A stretch of 64,000 bases of DNA from Symbiobacterium thermophilum. GTDB taxonomy: Bacteria; Bacillota; Sulfobacillia; UBA995. The stretch covers positions 2,042 to 66,041 of the forward strand of contig DYFO01000004.1 of NCBI GenBank assembly GCA_020725145.1, written 5' to 3'. Made by a program: the position numbers and the translations under genes. The notes below the pieces were generated by a model. It had not been told where the DNA came from. It searched no databases and saw only the letters and a list, made by a program, of their open reading frames with translations. Below, one piece after another: positions 27,684-36,801 of this stretch (position 1 is its first letter; the number at the start of each line of letters is the position of its first letter).

Positions 27684-28458
27684 ACGATCTCCTCCCCCTT
27701 CCCCCCGCGGACGTTGAGTCCTCCAGCCCCACCAGGCGTCTGAGGGCTCGAAGCTCCGACGGCTTGAGGTCGCGGTATGCTCCCCGGCCAAGACGCCCCA
27801 GCCTGAGCGGTCCGTACCCTATCCGGCGCAGTCGTACGACGGGATGTCCGACGGCTTCGAGCATCCTCCTGACCAGGCGGTGTCTACCCTCGCGTACCTC
27901 AAGCTCCACCCAGGGTTGCCCGTCGTTATCGAACCGGAGCGTGGCAACGGTGGCCGCGGCAGGGCCGTCTTCCAGCCGGACACCCCGTGTCAGCGTCTTC
28001 GGCATGTCGGGACCGGGGTGTCCTTGCACACGCGCGACGTAGACCCGTGGTACGCCGAACCGCGGGTGCATGAGCCGGTAGGCCAGCTCGCCGTCGTTGG
28101 TCAGCAGTAGCAGGCCCTCGGTATCACGGTCCAGACGTCCTACCGGATAGACGCGTTCGTCCACGTCACGGATGAGGTCGAGCACCGTGGCACGGCCCCG
28201 AGGATCGCGGGCGGTGGTAAGGCAACCCCGGGGCTTGTTCAACATCAGGTACCGCAGCGCCGGCCGCGTGCCCACCACGAGCTGGCCGTCGATCTCCACG
28301 CGGTCCTTTCGGGGGTCAATGCGGGCGCCCAGGGCTGCCACCTTTCCGTTCACGTGCACCCGGCCTGCCACGATCAACCGCTCGCACTCGCGACGCGAGG
28401 CAAGCCCGGCTCGTGCCAGGAACACGTGCAGGCGCACCGGCGCCGGCGTATCCTCCAT
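27565..28458 (-). CDS. rluB: 23S rRNA pseudouridine synthase (RluB/RsuA family) with an Arg/Gly-rich C-terminal tail
   Basis: S4 domain plus catalytic VGRLDRDTEGLLLLTNDG; start at M17 (28458) follows GCGGAGGT. Confidence 0.8.
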   Translation of the reverse strand: MEDTPAPVRLHVFLARAGLASRRECERLIVAGRVHVNGKVAALGARIDPRKDRVEIDGQLVVGTRPALRYLMLNKPRGCLTTARDPRGRATVLDLIRDVDERVYPVGRLDRDTEGLLLLTNDGELAYRLMHPRFGVPRVYVARVQGHPGPDMPKTLTRGVRLEDGPAAATVATLRFDNDGQPWVELEVREGRHRLVRRMLEAVGHPVVRLRRIGYGPLRLGRLGRGAYRDLKPSELRALRRLVGLEDSTSAGGRGRRSYGEASPSGDRHAGGFRGRRRRAVLRARRPGDHPSRPRGT

Positions 28459-28474
28459 GGCCCGACCTCCGCGT

Positions 28475-28939
28475 TCAGTGCCCGCCGACTTCCACCACCA
28501 GCTCAACTTCCACGGGGGCTCCCAGCGGCAGTTCGGCCACCCCCACCGCTGCCCGCGCGTGCCGCCCCCGTTCCCCGAACACCTCCACCAGCAGCTCTGA
28601 AGCTCCGTTCACCACCTGCGATTGCTGGGTGAACCCCGGAGCGCTGGCCACAAATCCCGTAAGCTTCACCACTTGCGCCACACGGTCGAGCTCGCCAAGC
28701 GCTGCCCGGACCACTGCCAGGCAGTTCAGGGCACAGATCCGTGCGGCGGCCTGCCCCTGCTCGACGGTAAGCTCGCCTCCCAGTTTGCCCTTCACCTGCA
28801 ACCCCCCGCCGACCAGCGGTAGCTGCCCCGACACATAAAGATGGGATCCGCTCTGCACCGACGGGACATAGGCCGCCACCGGAGTGGGCACCGGCGGCAG
28901 CTCAAGACCCAGTACCTGCAACTTCTGCTCAGGTTTCAC
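28475..28939 (-). CDS. ridA: RidA/YjgF family reactive-intermediate deaminase
   Basis: 154 aa; YjgF/chorismate-mutase-like fold signatures (PAPVAAY...VQVVKLTGFV...ARAAVGVAELPLGAPVEVE). Confidence 0.8.
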   Translation of the reverse strand: MKPEQKLQVLGLELPPVPTPVAAYVPSVQSGSHLYVSGQLPLVGGGLQVKGKLGGELTVEQGQAAARICALNCLAVVRAALGELDRVAQVVKLTGFVASAPGFTQQSQVVNGASELLVEVFGERGRHARAAVGVAELPLGAPVEVELVVEVGGH

Positions 28940-29339
28940 GCTCCCGGCTCCTTTCCGGGCATCGCCCTTTGAGTTATTACTCCCAAAGCTCCCCCGATTT
29001 CCTGCGACCGAGCAGGTCGGTCGGGCTAAAATACTCGGAGGCCGGGCACAATGATCGCGGGCCTGTGGCGGCCGAGCGCAGACGGGCCCGGGTGTCTTCA
29101 GGGATGCCCGTTCCCGTCGAACAAAGGTTGCCTTGGGTTGTGGCCGGTAACGGCGACGAGCGAGTACCCGGTCCGATTACGGGTCACCTCGGTGCCGTAG
29201 GGCCGGGATCCACCGCAGCCGGAGTCGAAGACGTTGGCCGGTCCGTAACGGGTCCGCATCGGCCGTGCGCGGTCGGCGCGGGTTCGCGCAGGATCGGTCG
29301 GCGTCGGGCTAAGATCCCTGCGGGTGTGTCAGGGGTCCG

Positions 29340-29500
29340 TCGCGGCCGAGAGGTCGCGCCGGGCTCCGCAAGCATCCGCCGGGGTCGAGTCAAGGTTGCG
29401 CCGGGTTCCGCAGGGGTCTGGGGCAGCCGCGAGGTTGCCCCGGGCTCCGAGGGGATCCGTCGCAGCCGGGTCGAAGGTCGCCCCAGGCCTACTTCATGCC
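29340..29500. repeat. Four degenerate GC-rich tandem repeats (about 35-49 bp units) in a 550-bp non-coding spacer
   Basis: Units begin ggggtccgtcgcggccgagaggtcgcgccgggctccgca / ggggtcgagtcaaggttgcgccgggttccgca / ggggtctggggcagccgcgaggttgccccgggctccga / ggggatccgtcgcagccgggtcgaaggtcgcccc. Confidence 0.6.
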
Positions 29501-30349
29501 CAGCTCCCGAAGTGCCCGATCCACGTCCTGGCGGTCTTCGAGCACCGGTGCGAACAGGTCCCCCATGCGGCGCAGGCGCTCGGGAACACTGCGCAGCGTG
29601 AACTTCTCGGCGCGCAATCCCGCGAGCTCGTCCCAGTGCAGCGGGGTGGAAACCGGTGCTCCCCTGAGCGGCCGAAGGCTGTAGGAAGCGACCAGGGTTT
29701 TGCCCTGCGCGTTCTGCAGGTGATCGATGTACACGCCACTGCGCCGTGCCACCGGCCGCTCCCGCGTGGTCAGGTCGGGACAGGCACGGTGTATCAGATC
29801 GGCCACGCGGGCCACCAGGCCGGCAGCCGTCGGGTAGTCGTAGCCCGGGCAGAGCGGCAGGTACAGGTGCAGGCCGGTTGCACCCGAGGTCTTGGGGTAG
29901 GCGCGCAGCCCGAGGCCGTCAAGCACCGTCCTTATGAGCCGTGCGACCTCCACCGCCTCCGCCAGTCCGCACGGAGGGGTCGGGTCGAGGTCGAACACCG
30001 CGAAGTCCGGGGTCTCGGGTGAGGCGATGCGCGACAACCAGGGATGCAACTCGATCACACCCCACTGTGCCAGCCAGACCAAAGCGGCAGGACGGTCGGC
30101 GACGCAGTAGTTCACGGTTCGGCTGCCGTGGAGATAGGGAGCTCGCCGGAGCCAGGCGGGTGCTACGGCCGGGACGTTTTTCTGATAGAAGCGGTGACCG
30201 TGGATACCGTCGGGATACCGGGTGAGCGTCAGGCGGCGGTCGTTGAGATGAGGTAGCAGGTAAGGCGCTATCTCGAGGTAGTAGGCCACGAGGTCACCCT
30301 TCGTGTAGCCATCGTCGGGCCAAAAGGGCTTGGAAAGATTGGTCAGCAT
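29489..30349 (-). CDS. NHEJ DNA polymerase/primase domain protein (LigD Pol domain, stand-alone)
   Basis: Primase-polymerase-fold motifs (HGHRFYQKN, FDLDP); start likely M42 (30349), avoiding overlap with the ligase gene. Confidence 0.8.
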   Translation of the reverse strand: MLTNLSKPFWPDDGYTKGDLVAYYLEIAPYLLPHLNDRRLTLTRYPDGIHGHRFYQKNVPAVAPAWLRRAPYLHGSRTVNYCVADRPAALVWLAQWGVIELHPWLSRIASPETPDFAVFDLDPTPPCGLAEAVEVARLIRTVLDGLGLRAYPKTSGATGLHLYLPLCPGYDYPTAAGLVARVADLIHRACPDLTTRERPVARRSGVYIDHLQNAQGKTLVASYSLRPLRGAPVSTPLHWDELAGLRAEKFTLRSVPERLRRMGDLFAPVLEDRQDVDRALRELGMK

Positions 30350-30369
30350 CACGTCCGTGTCGTCGGTGC

Positions 30370-31224
30370 TCACCGGTCGGTCACCGGCCCGCGGTAGACG
30401 GGATGCCGCAGCACGCCGGCGGAAGTCACCTCCAGGCATTCTACCAGGCAGCGGACCTCTGGTTCGGCCCATCGCACGCCCGCTCTCAGATCTGAAGGAA
30501 GCCGTTCGGGATCGACCAGTGGGCAGGAGGCCCGTGGCCGCAAGCGCCCGAGCAGCTCCCGTCCCCGCCGGGCGGAAAGGCCGCTTGCCACGCGTCCCGC
30601 ATACCGCAACCCGTCCTGTCGAGGCGTGCCCAGCACCAGCGACCTCACCCCAGCCGGGCTACCGAGGTATCCGACCACCACCGCCTCCACCACGCGCAAG
30701 CTCCGGACCTTGAGCCAGTGAGGCGACCTCTGGCCCGGGAGATAGGGGCTGCCCAGACGCTTCGCCACCATCCCTTCCAGTCCCCTGGCCGTCACCGCGC
30801 GGTAGAATGCTCTGCCGTGTTCCAGCACGTGGTCGGAGAAGACTAGGCGCTCGGCTTCGGCCACCAGCCCGCGCAGCGCCTCACGCCTGGCCTCCAGGGG
30901 CCAGGCGGTCAGGTCACGTCCGTCCAGGTTGAGCAGGTCGAAAACCACGTAGCTCACCTTGCCGCAGCGCTCCTGCAAGGCGTGGAAATCGGGCCTGCCC
31001 TCCCGCAGGGCCACGAGTTCGCCGTCCAAGACCGCCTGGTGCCCGCGGACCCATCGCGGTAGACCCGCGAGCTCCGGATAGCGGTCGCTCAAGTCGCGCA
31101 GCCGGCGGCTGTGTAGACGGTGGGCTCCGCCCGCCACCAGCGCCAGACAGCGGTAGCCGTCCCACTTGACCTCGTACAGGTAATCGGGGGAGTCAAAGGG
31201 CTTGGCGGCCGTGCAGGCCAGCAT
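30370..31224 (-). CDS. ATP-dependent DNA ligase (LigD ligase domain, stand-alone)
   Basis: EVKWDGYR adenylation motif (KxDG) and downstream ligase motifs (MVAKRLGSPY). Confidence 0.85.
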   Translation of the reverse strand: MLACTAAKPFDSPDYLYEVKWDGYRCLALVAGGAHRLHSRRLRDLSDRYPELAGLPRWVRGHQAVLDGELVALREGRPDFHALQERCGKVSYVVFDLLNLDGRDLTAWPLEARREALRGLVAEAERLVFSDHVLEHGRAFYRAVTARGLEGMVAKRLGSPYLPGQRSPHWLKVRSLRVVEAVVVGYLGSPAGVRSLVLGTPRQDGLRYAGRVASGLSARRGRELLGRLRPRASCPLVDPERLPSDLRAGVRWAEPEVRCLVECLEVTSAGVLRHPVYRGPVTDR

Positions 31225-31253
31225 GGGCCTGAGCCCCAGGCTGACAAGGTCGT

Positions 31254-32060
31254 CTAGGCGTCGGTCGTTGCCGTGCGCCGTCCGTTCCCCTCCGTTCGCG
31301 TCATCTCCACGCTGGCCCGCAGGGCCTCCAGGAGATCGGCCACCTTCGCCGTCTCCGGTTTGCGGTACTCGTGGACGTCGCGTCCCTCAACCTTGGCCCT
31401 TACCAGGTCCTCAAGCGCCTCGCGGCGCCGATCGGCGTAGCGCCCGGGCTCGAAGGGCGAGGTGAGGTTGTCCACCAGGGCAAGTGCCGTCCCCAGTTCC
31501 GCATCCGAGAATCCCGGCACGGCGGCCAGGCCTTCCAGAGCGGCCGTTGAGCGTACCTCGTCGGGCCAGAACATCGTGGAAAGGGCCAGCGCCGGCCCGT
31601 AACCTCGAACCGCACCCAGTGCCTCGCGCTCACGGATGGCCACGCGGGCCACGGCGATGCGCCGACGGTCCTCCATGACCCTTCGGAGGAGGTGATATGC
31701 CTTGAGTCCACCCTCCGCGGGCTCCAGGTAGTAGGTGCGGTCGAAGTAGACGGGGTCGATCTCTTCCAGTCGCACGAAGTCCAGGATCTCGACGGTGCGC
31801 CGCGAGAACGCGGGCAGCGCTTCGAGTTCCTCCGGATCGAAGCGGACGAAGCGGTTTCGCTCGTACTCGAACCCTTGCGCCAGCTCCTCATCCGCCACCT
31901 CGGACCGGCAGTTGGGGCACCACTTGCGGTACTGCACGGGCGTGCCGCATGGCGCGTGGAGCCGGCGGAATCGCAGGGCGCGACGGGCGGTGGCGGCGTA
32001 AAGGCGCACGGGGATGTGCACCAGGCCGAAGCTGATGGCCCCTTTCCACAGGGCCCGCAA
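31254..32060 (-). CDS. ku: Ku protein (non-homologous end joining)
   Basis: N-terminus MRALWKGAISFGLVHIPVRLY; 268 aa. Confidence 0.9.
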   Translation of the reverse strand: MRALWKGAISFGLVHIPVRLYAATARRALRFRRLHAPCGTPVQYRKWCPNCRSEVADEELAQGFEYERNRFVRFDPEELEALPAFSRRTVEILDFVRLEEIDPVYFDRTYYLEPAEGGLKAYHLLRRVMEDRRRIAVARVAIREREALGAVRGYGPALALSTMFWPDEVRSTAALEGLAAVPGFSDAELGTALALVDNLTSPFEPGRYADRRREALEDLVRAKVEGRDVHEYRKPETAKVADLLEALRASVEMTRTEGNGRRTATTDA

Positions 32061-32065
32061 GGTAT

Positions 32066-32539
32066 CTAGCCTCCCTGCGGAGTCGGCGTGCGCCGCACGC
32101 CAGGCCGCCGCGGCGGCGGCGCCGCCGGGTAGGGCTCACCGTTGCCCCGCACCAGGCTGGCGATCTGGTCCAGCACCTGAGGCGCCAGGTCGATGAGGCG
32201 ATCGACGATCGCCCTGCCGTCCACCGGCAAAAGTCTCACCGTCCCCTGACCCACCACCAGAAAACCGATCGGCTGGATGGTCACTCCCGCACCGCTGCCA
32301 CCGCCAAAGGGCAGTCCTTGCTGACCGTCCGGAGCTGACCCCTGCCCCCTGTCGGGTGCCGGCGCGGGTCCGTACTCCGCCCCACCGGCGGCAAAACCGA
32401 AGCTTACCCTGGAGACGGGGACGATCACGCTGCCGTCCGGTGTTTCCACGGCATCACCGACGATGGTGTTGACGTCCACCATCTCCTTGATCGCTTCCAT
32501 CGCCGTCTTCATCAGTCCCTGGATGGGGTGTTCGGTCAT
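32066..32539 (-). CDS. ytfJ: Sporulation protein YtfJ (GerW family)
   Basis: N-terminus HPIQGLMKTAMEAIKEMVDVNTIVGD...VIVPVSRVSFGFAAGG matches YtfJ. Confidence 0.8.
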   Translation of the reverse strand: MTEHPIQGLMKTAMEAIKEMVDVNTIVGDAVETPDGSVIVPVSRVSFGFAAGGAEYGPAPAPDRGQGSAPDGQQGLPFGGGSGAGVTIQPIGFLVVGQGTVRLLPVDGRAIVDRLIDLAPQVLDQIASLVRGNGEPYPAAPPPRRPGVRRTPTPQGG

Positions 32540-32561
32540 CGCCCAGTTCCTCCCGCCTGTC

Positions 32562-33134
32562 TTACCGGCTAATATCCCCAGCGGTCGGAGCCGCTATGCG
32601 ACGTCGGAGGGCGGCCGCGGCCGCCCGGGCGCCCATGCGCACGCCCATGCCTATCAAGGTGCCCACGCGCACCACCAGCCTCAGCCGAAGGTCAACCGCC
32701 GCGGAAGCACCCTCGAAGTCGGGCTCCAGGTGCAATCGCGGCCGTCGCCGGATGTGCCTGCGCAACCAGGGAAGCGCCGTTCCTGCTGCCGCCCAAAGCC
32801 AGCCCAGCAAGAGAGCCGTACCGGCGGCATCGCCGGTTCCCAGGCGTGCTTCAAGCTCGAGATCGTCCACCCGCAGACCTCGGAGTGCCCGGGCCATCGT
32901 CCGGACGCGATCGCCAAGGCGCCGGATCTCGTCCGGCAGATCGAGGATGCGCACGAGCACGGTCTCGGGATCCGCGGCCGGTACGAAAGAACGGCTCAGG
33001 CCCACTCCCAAGCAGCGCAGGCTCCAGGTGAGGCGGCCGCCCGCCAGCCGGACGCGCACCTCGATCGGGAGCCAAAACCCAAGCAGCAGCAGGATCCACA
33101 GCGCCGCGAGCGCGGTCACCATCCAGACCCGCAC
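32562..33134 (-). CDS. ytfI: DUF2953 membrane protein (YtfI-like, sporulation-associated)
   Basis: Downstream of ytfJ as in Bacillus; start likely GTG/ATG near 33122-33134 after GGAGGTGGG, giving an N-terminal TM helix. Confidence 0.55.
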   Translation of the reverse strand: MRVWMVTALAALWILLLLGFWLPIEVRVRLAGGRLTWSLRCLGVGLSRSFVPAADPETVLVRILDLPDEIRRLGDRVRTMARALRGLRVDDLELEARLGTGDAAGTALLLGWLWAAAGTALPWLRRHIRRRPRLHLEPDFEGASAAVDLRLRLVVRVGTLIGMGVRMGARAAAAALRRRIAAPTAGDISR

Positions 33135-33162
33135 AGGTCTGCCCACCTCCGGGCGGCACGAT

Positions 33163-33744
33163 CTAGCTTTCCCGCTCGGGGCGAGGCGGATGCGCGGACT
33201 CCGAAGAGGGGACCCCTCCCTCCAGCTCCAGCGGCGGCAGGTCTTCAAGCGAACGCAGCCCGAAGTGCTCGAGGAAGCGGTGGGTGGTGCCGTACAGGAT
33301 GGGTCGGCCTAGCGTCTGGGCTCTACCCACCTCACAGATGAGGTCGCGCTCGAGCAGTACGCCCAGTACCCACTCGGAGTTCACGCCGCGGATCTGCTCG
33401 ATCTGGGCCCGCGTCACCGGCTGGCGGTAGGCCACGACCGCCAGCGTCTCCAATGCGGCATGGGACAACCCTGCGGTCTGGTCGCGCCGGATCACGCTCT
33501 GGATGAGCGGGGCCAGCTCGGGCCGCGTGGTCAGCCGAAAGCCCCCGGCCACCTCCTGGACTTCATACCCCCTGCCCTCGCGCCGGTACTCGTCGGCCAG
33601 CCGGCGCAGCAGCTCTTCGGCTGCGGGCGGCTCCAGTCCCAGGGCCTCGGCCACCGTCGCCGCGGTAAGCGGCGCCGATGCCGCCAGGAGGAGGGCCTCG
33701 GCAGCCGCGCGCAGACTGAAGCCTTCGGGCAGGTTGGCCATCAC
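33163..33744 (-). CDS. scpB: Segregation and condensation protein B
   Basis: 193 aa, ScpB winged-helix signatures; follows scpA. Confidence 0.9.
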   Translation of the reverse strand: MMANLPEGFSLRAAAEALLLAASAPLTAATVAEALGLEPPAAEELLRRLADEYRREGRGYEVQEVAGGFRLTTRPELAPLIQSVIRRDQTAGLSHAALETLAVVAYRQPVTRAQIEQIRGVNSEWVLGVLLERDLICEVGRAQTLGRPILYGTTHRFLEHFGLRSLEDLPPLELEGGVPSSESAHPPRPERES

Positions 33745-33748
33745 CGGG

Positions 33749-34489
33749 TCACCTCCCCATCGCCGGTCGGGCCCGGCAGATGACTATCCGCCCGTAGGTT
33801 CGATCCTGACGGGCGGTGACCCACCGCTGCCGCACCAGCTCGAGCAAGGCCAGGAAAGTCACGATGACCTCGCGGCGGGAAAACCGAGGGCCGAAGAGGT
33901 CGCCAAAGGCCACGCTGCCACCCGCCTGCCGCAGGAGCCTGAGGATCGTCCGCATCTTGTCGCGCACGGTGTACTGCTCCCGCGCTATCTCGGCGGGCTC
34001 GTCGGCGACGGGCTCACCCACCAGCTCCAAGAGAGCGGCAACGAGGTCCGCGACCGTCACGCCTTCAGGCGGTGGCGGCGGCAGGGCCGAGGCCCCGGCC
34101 GCCACCGGATGCACGAAACGTCGGGAGGCTTCACGTTCGCGCTCCTGCAGGACGTTGGCCTTCTGACGAAAAGAGCGGTACTCCAGGAGACGTCGCACGA
34201 GTTCGGCCCGCGGGTCGGGCTCGGGTTCGGCATCCGCGACATGTTCCACCGCATGCCGAGGCAGCAACATTCGGGCCTTGATCTCCATTAGCGTGGCCGC
34301 CATCAGCAGGAATTCGGCGGCACGGTCAAGGTCGAGCGCCTCCAGCCCCGCCAGGTATTCTAGGTACTGAGTGGTTATGCGGGCAATGGGGATGTCGTGG
34401 ATGTCCACCTTCTCAGCCCTTATAAGGTGGAGCAGCAGATCCAGAGGGCCCTCGAAAACCTCCAGGCGCACACGGTAGGCGTCGGCCAA
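33749..34489 (-). CDS. scpA: Segregation and condensation protein A (kleisin)
   Basis: 246 aa; N-terminus FEGPLDLLLHLIRAEKVDIHDIPIARIT. Confidence 0.9.
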   Translation of the reverse strand: MADAYRVRLEVFEGPLDLLLHLIRAEKVDIHDIPIARITTQYLEYLAGLEALDLDRAAEFLLMAATLMEIKARMLLPRHAVEHVADAEPEPDPRAELVRRLLEYRSFRQKANVLQEREREASRRFVHPVAAGASALPPPPPEGVTVADLVAALLELVGEPVADEPAEIAREQYTVRDKMRTILRLLRQAGGSVAFGDLFGPRFSRREVIVTFLALLELVRQRWVTARQDRTYGRIVICRARPAMGR

Positions 34490-34505
34490 GTCCCCCCCCT
34501 CCCCG

Positions 34506-35153
34506 TCAGAAGGGTGGAAACACGCGACCCAGTATCTCGGCCAGTGCCCACAGCAAGCCCATCACCACCCGCGACAGGCCTACTACCAGCCCGGTGGCCA
34601 CTCCGCTCACCAACACGACGAGCAAGAGCAGCGGACCTACCTGCTCGAGTCGCTCCAAACGGTATGCCTGATGCGCGGGGAGCAGCCCCGCCAGCACGCG
34701 GTAGCCGTCCAGCGGGGGAAGCGGCATCAGGTTGAAAACGGCCAGCAAGACGTTCAGTTGAAAGGTAACCCCGATCAGGCGGCCGAGGTACGGTATCGCC
34801 CCCAGCAGATTCCATCGGAAGTCGAGGACCATCAGCACGGCGAGGATGAAGGCCAGTGCCAGATTGGCCAGGGGGCCGGCGAAAGCCACCTTCAGCAGCC
34901 CCTTGCGCGGGTCACCGGAGTAGTAGTAGGGATTGGTCGGCACGGGCTTGGCCCAGCCGAAGCCGTAGAACACGATGAGCAGGGTCCCGATGGGATCCAG
35001 ATGGGCCCACGGCTCCAGGGTGAGACGGCCCAGGCGGCGAGGTGTGGGGTCACCCAGGCGGTCTGCGACCCATGCGTGGGCGAATTCGTGGAAGGTGAGC
35101 GCCACCGCCAGGGCGGGAAGCCGGAGGGTCATGGTGAGGAGATCAAAGGCCAT
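34506..35153 (-). CDS. Site-2 protease family membrane metalloprotease (peptidase M50)
   Basis: HEFAHA (HExxH) within a TM helix, plus a downstream LDG motif. Confidence 0.8.
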   Translation of the reverse strand: MAFDLLTMTLRLPALAVALTFHEFAHAWVADRLGDPTPRRLGRLTLEPWAHLDPIGTLLIVFYGFGWAKPVPTNPYYYSGDPRKGLLKVAFAGPLANLALAFILAVLMVLDFRWNLLGAIPYLGRLIGVTFQLNVLLAVFNLMPLPPLDGYRVLAGLLPAHQAYRLERLEQVGPLLLLVVLVSGVATGLVVGLSRVVMGLLWALAEILGRVFPPF

Positions 35154-35245
35154 CAGGGTCCTCCCCGTGCCATCATCGAAGTGGCGGGCTTGCCTTCACG
35201 ATTATAACACAGGCCCCGAGAGGAGAGGAAAACGGTCCGGGACCT

Positions 35246-36775
35246 TCAACTGCGGCCGCGCCGGCGTCGTAGCGGCCAGCGCGGCACGCGCGAACTCGCG
35301 GTCACCGGCCCCCGCGCGGCAAGCCGGTCGGGATCGGTCGGCGACAGAAACCACGGCCGTAATCTTCCCTTGGGCACCGGCGTGCGCACGAGGATGCTCA
35401 GCAACGCGCGCCCGTGGATCGGCCACAGCGGCCACAGGTAGGGAATGCCGAACGAACGTGTCCCGGCCAGCAAAAGACCCACCGCTGCCAGACCCAGGGC
35501 CAGCCCGGGCAGCCGGAGCAGTGCGACCAGGACGAGCAGCAGGATGCGGGAAAGGCGGACCGCCAGTGCGAACTCGACGCTGGGCGTGGCGAAGGTGCCG
35601 ATGGCGGCCACCGCAACGTACAGCACCGCTTCGGGAGTGAACAGCCCGACGGTGATGGCGATCTCGCCCAGGAGAATGGCTCCGATGAAACCCAGGGCGG
35701 TGGCCAGTGCGGTTGGGGTGTGGATGAGCGCCAGGCGAACCAGATCCACCCCTACCTCGCCCATAATGAACTGAAGCGACAGCGGTACGCGTCCGGGGTC
35801 CCGCGGCCCCAGCCAGTCAAGGGCTCCGCCGAAAAGCCCCTTGCTTTGCACCAGGGCCAACCACAGCGGAGGACCGATCCAGGAAAGGCCTATGGCCAGG
35901 AAGCGAACCCATCGCAGGTAGGCTCCCACCACCGGATCTCCCCGGTAGTCCTCCGCGTGTTGCACGTGGTGGAACAGGGTGACCGGCAGCAGCATGAGGC
36001 TTGGTGAGGTGTCTACCGCCAGGGCCAGATGACCCTCCAGCAGGTGCACGGCGGCCACGTCGGGACGTTCGGTGTAGCGCACCACCGGGAACGGGTTCCA
36101 CCACGACCGCGGGCCCACCAGGAACTCCTCAAGCGACTTCTCGGCCATGGGCAGACCGTCCACTTCGACGGCCCTGATTCGCTCCACCATCATCCGCACC
36201 AGCGCCGGATTGGCGATGTCCTCGATGTAAAGCAGGACGACGTCGGAGCGTGAGCGCCTTCCCACGCTGAAAAGCTTCACCCGCAACCGTGGATCACGGA
36301 GCCGGCGCCGCACCAGCGCGGTGTTGAAGACGACGGTTTCCACGAAGCCGTCGCGCGAGCCGCGAACCACGCGTTCCAGCTCCGGTTCTTCGGTTCCCCG
36401 GCCAGGATACTGCCGCGCGTCGACCACCAGCGCCTCGGCAGCGCCGTCCAGGAGCACGAGCAGCGGCCCCGCCAGGACCTGGCCCACGGCATCGTCGACG
36501 GTGCCGACCCTTGACACCTCGATGAAAGGCATCCACCTGCGTTCCAGGGCATCCAGGGGTGAGGGAGTCAGGTCGGGCCGCTCCAGCCTGACCAGAGTGC
36601 GCAGGATGTCGGTGATCACGTCTTCCTTGACCAAACCGTCGACGAAGATGAGGGCCGCCTGCCGGCCCGCCACCTCCAGACGACGGATGACCACATCGAA
36701 ACTCTCGTCGGCTCCCAGGGCCTCTCCCAGGGCCTGGAGGCTTTCCGCCAGCCGGGCCGAGAGGGCCTGTGCCAT
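35246..36775 (-). CDS. spoVAF: Stage V sporulation protein AF (GerA-family germinant-receptor A-subunit homologue)
   Basis: 509 aa; soluble N-domain plus a C-terminal 5-6 TM GerA-type domain; last gene of the spoVA-like cluster. Confidence 0.8.
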   Translation of the reverse strand: MAQALSARLAESLQALGEALGADESFDVVIRRLEVAGRQAALIFVDGLVKEDVITDILRTLVRLERPDLTPSPLDALERRWMPFIEVSRVGTVDDAVGQVLAGPLLVLLDGAAEALVVDARQYPGRGTEEPELERVVRGSRDGFVETVVFNTALVRRRLRDPRLRVKLFSVGRRSRSDVVLLYIEDIANPALVRMMVERIRAVEVDGLPMAEKSLEEFLVGPRSWWNPFPVVRYTERPDVAAVHLLEGHLALAVDTSPSLMLLPVTLFHHVQHAEDYRGDPVVGAYLRWVRFLAIGLSWIGPPLWLALVQSKGLFGGALDWLGPRDPGRVPLSLQFIMGEVGVDLVRLALIHTPTALATALGFIGAILLGEIAITVGLFTPEAVLYVAVAAIGTFATPSVEFALAVRLSRILLLVLVALLRLPGLALGLAAVGLLLAGTRSFGIPYLWPLWPIHGRALLSILVRTPVPKGRLRPWFLSPTDPDRLAARGPVTASSRVPRWPLRRRRGRS

Positions 36776-36801
36776 CTTCCGGTCTCCTTTCGTAAAGCGG
36801 G

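Noticed and set aside
29340-29500. The tandem repeats considered as a possible CRISPR array.
   Set aside because: There are only four degenerate units with no unique spacers between them and no constant repeat length. There are also no cas genes anywhere in the window.
28969-29601. A 210-aa ORF spanning the tandem repeats, with VAPGSA-like periodic translation.
   Set aside because: It overlaps the 3' end of the LigD-Pol gene on the opposite strand, has no start context, and its periodicity simply reflects the DNA repeat. I treat it as non-coding repeat DNA pending homology evidence.
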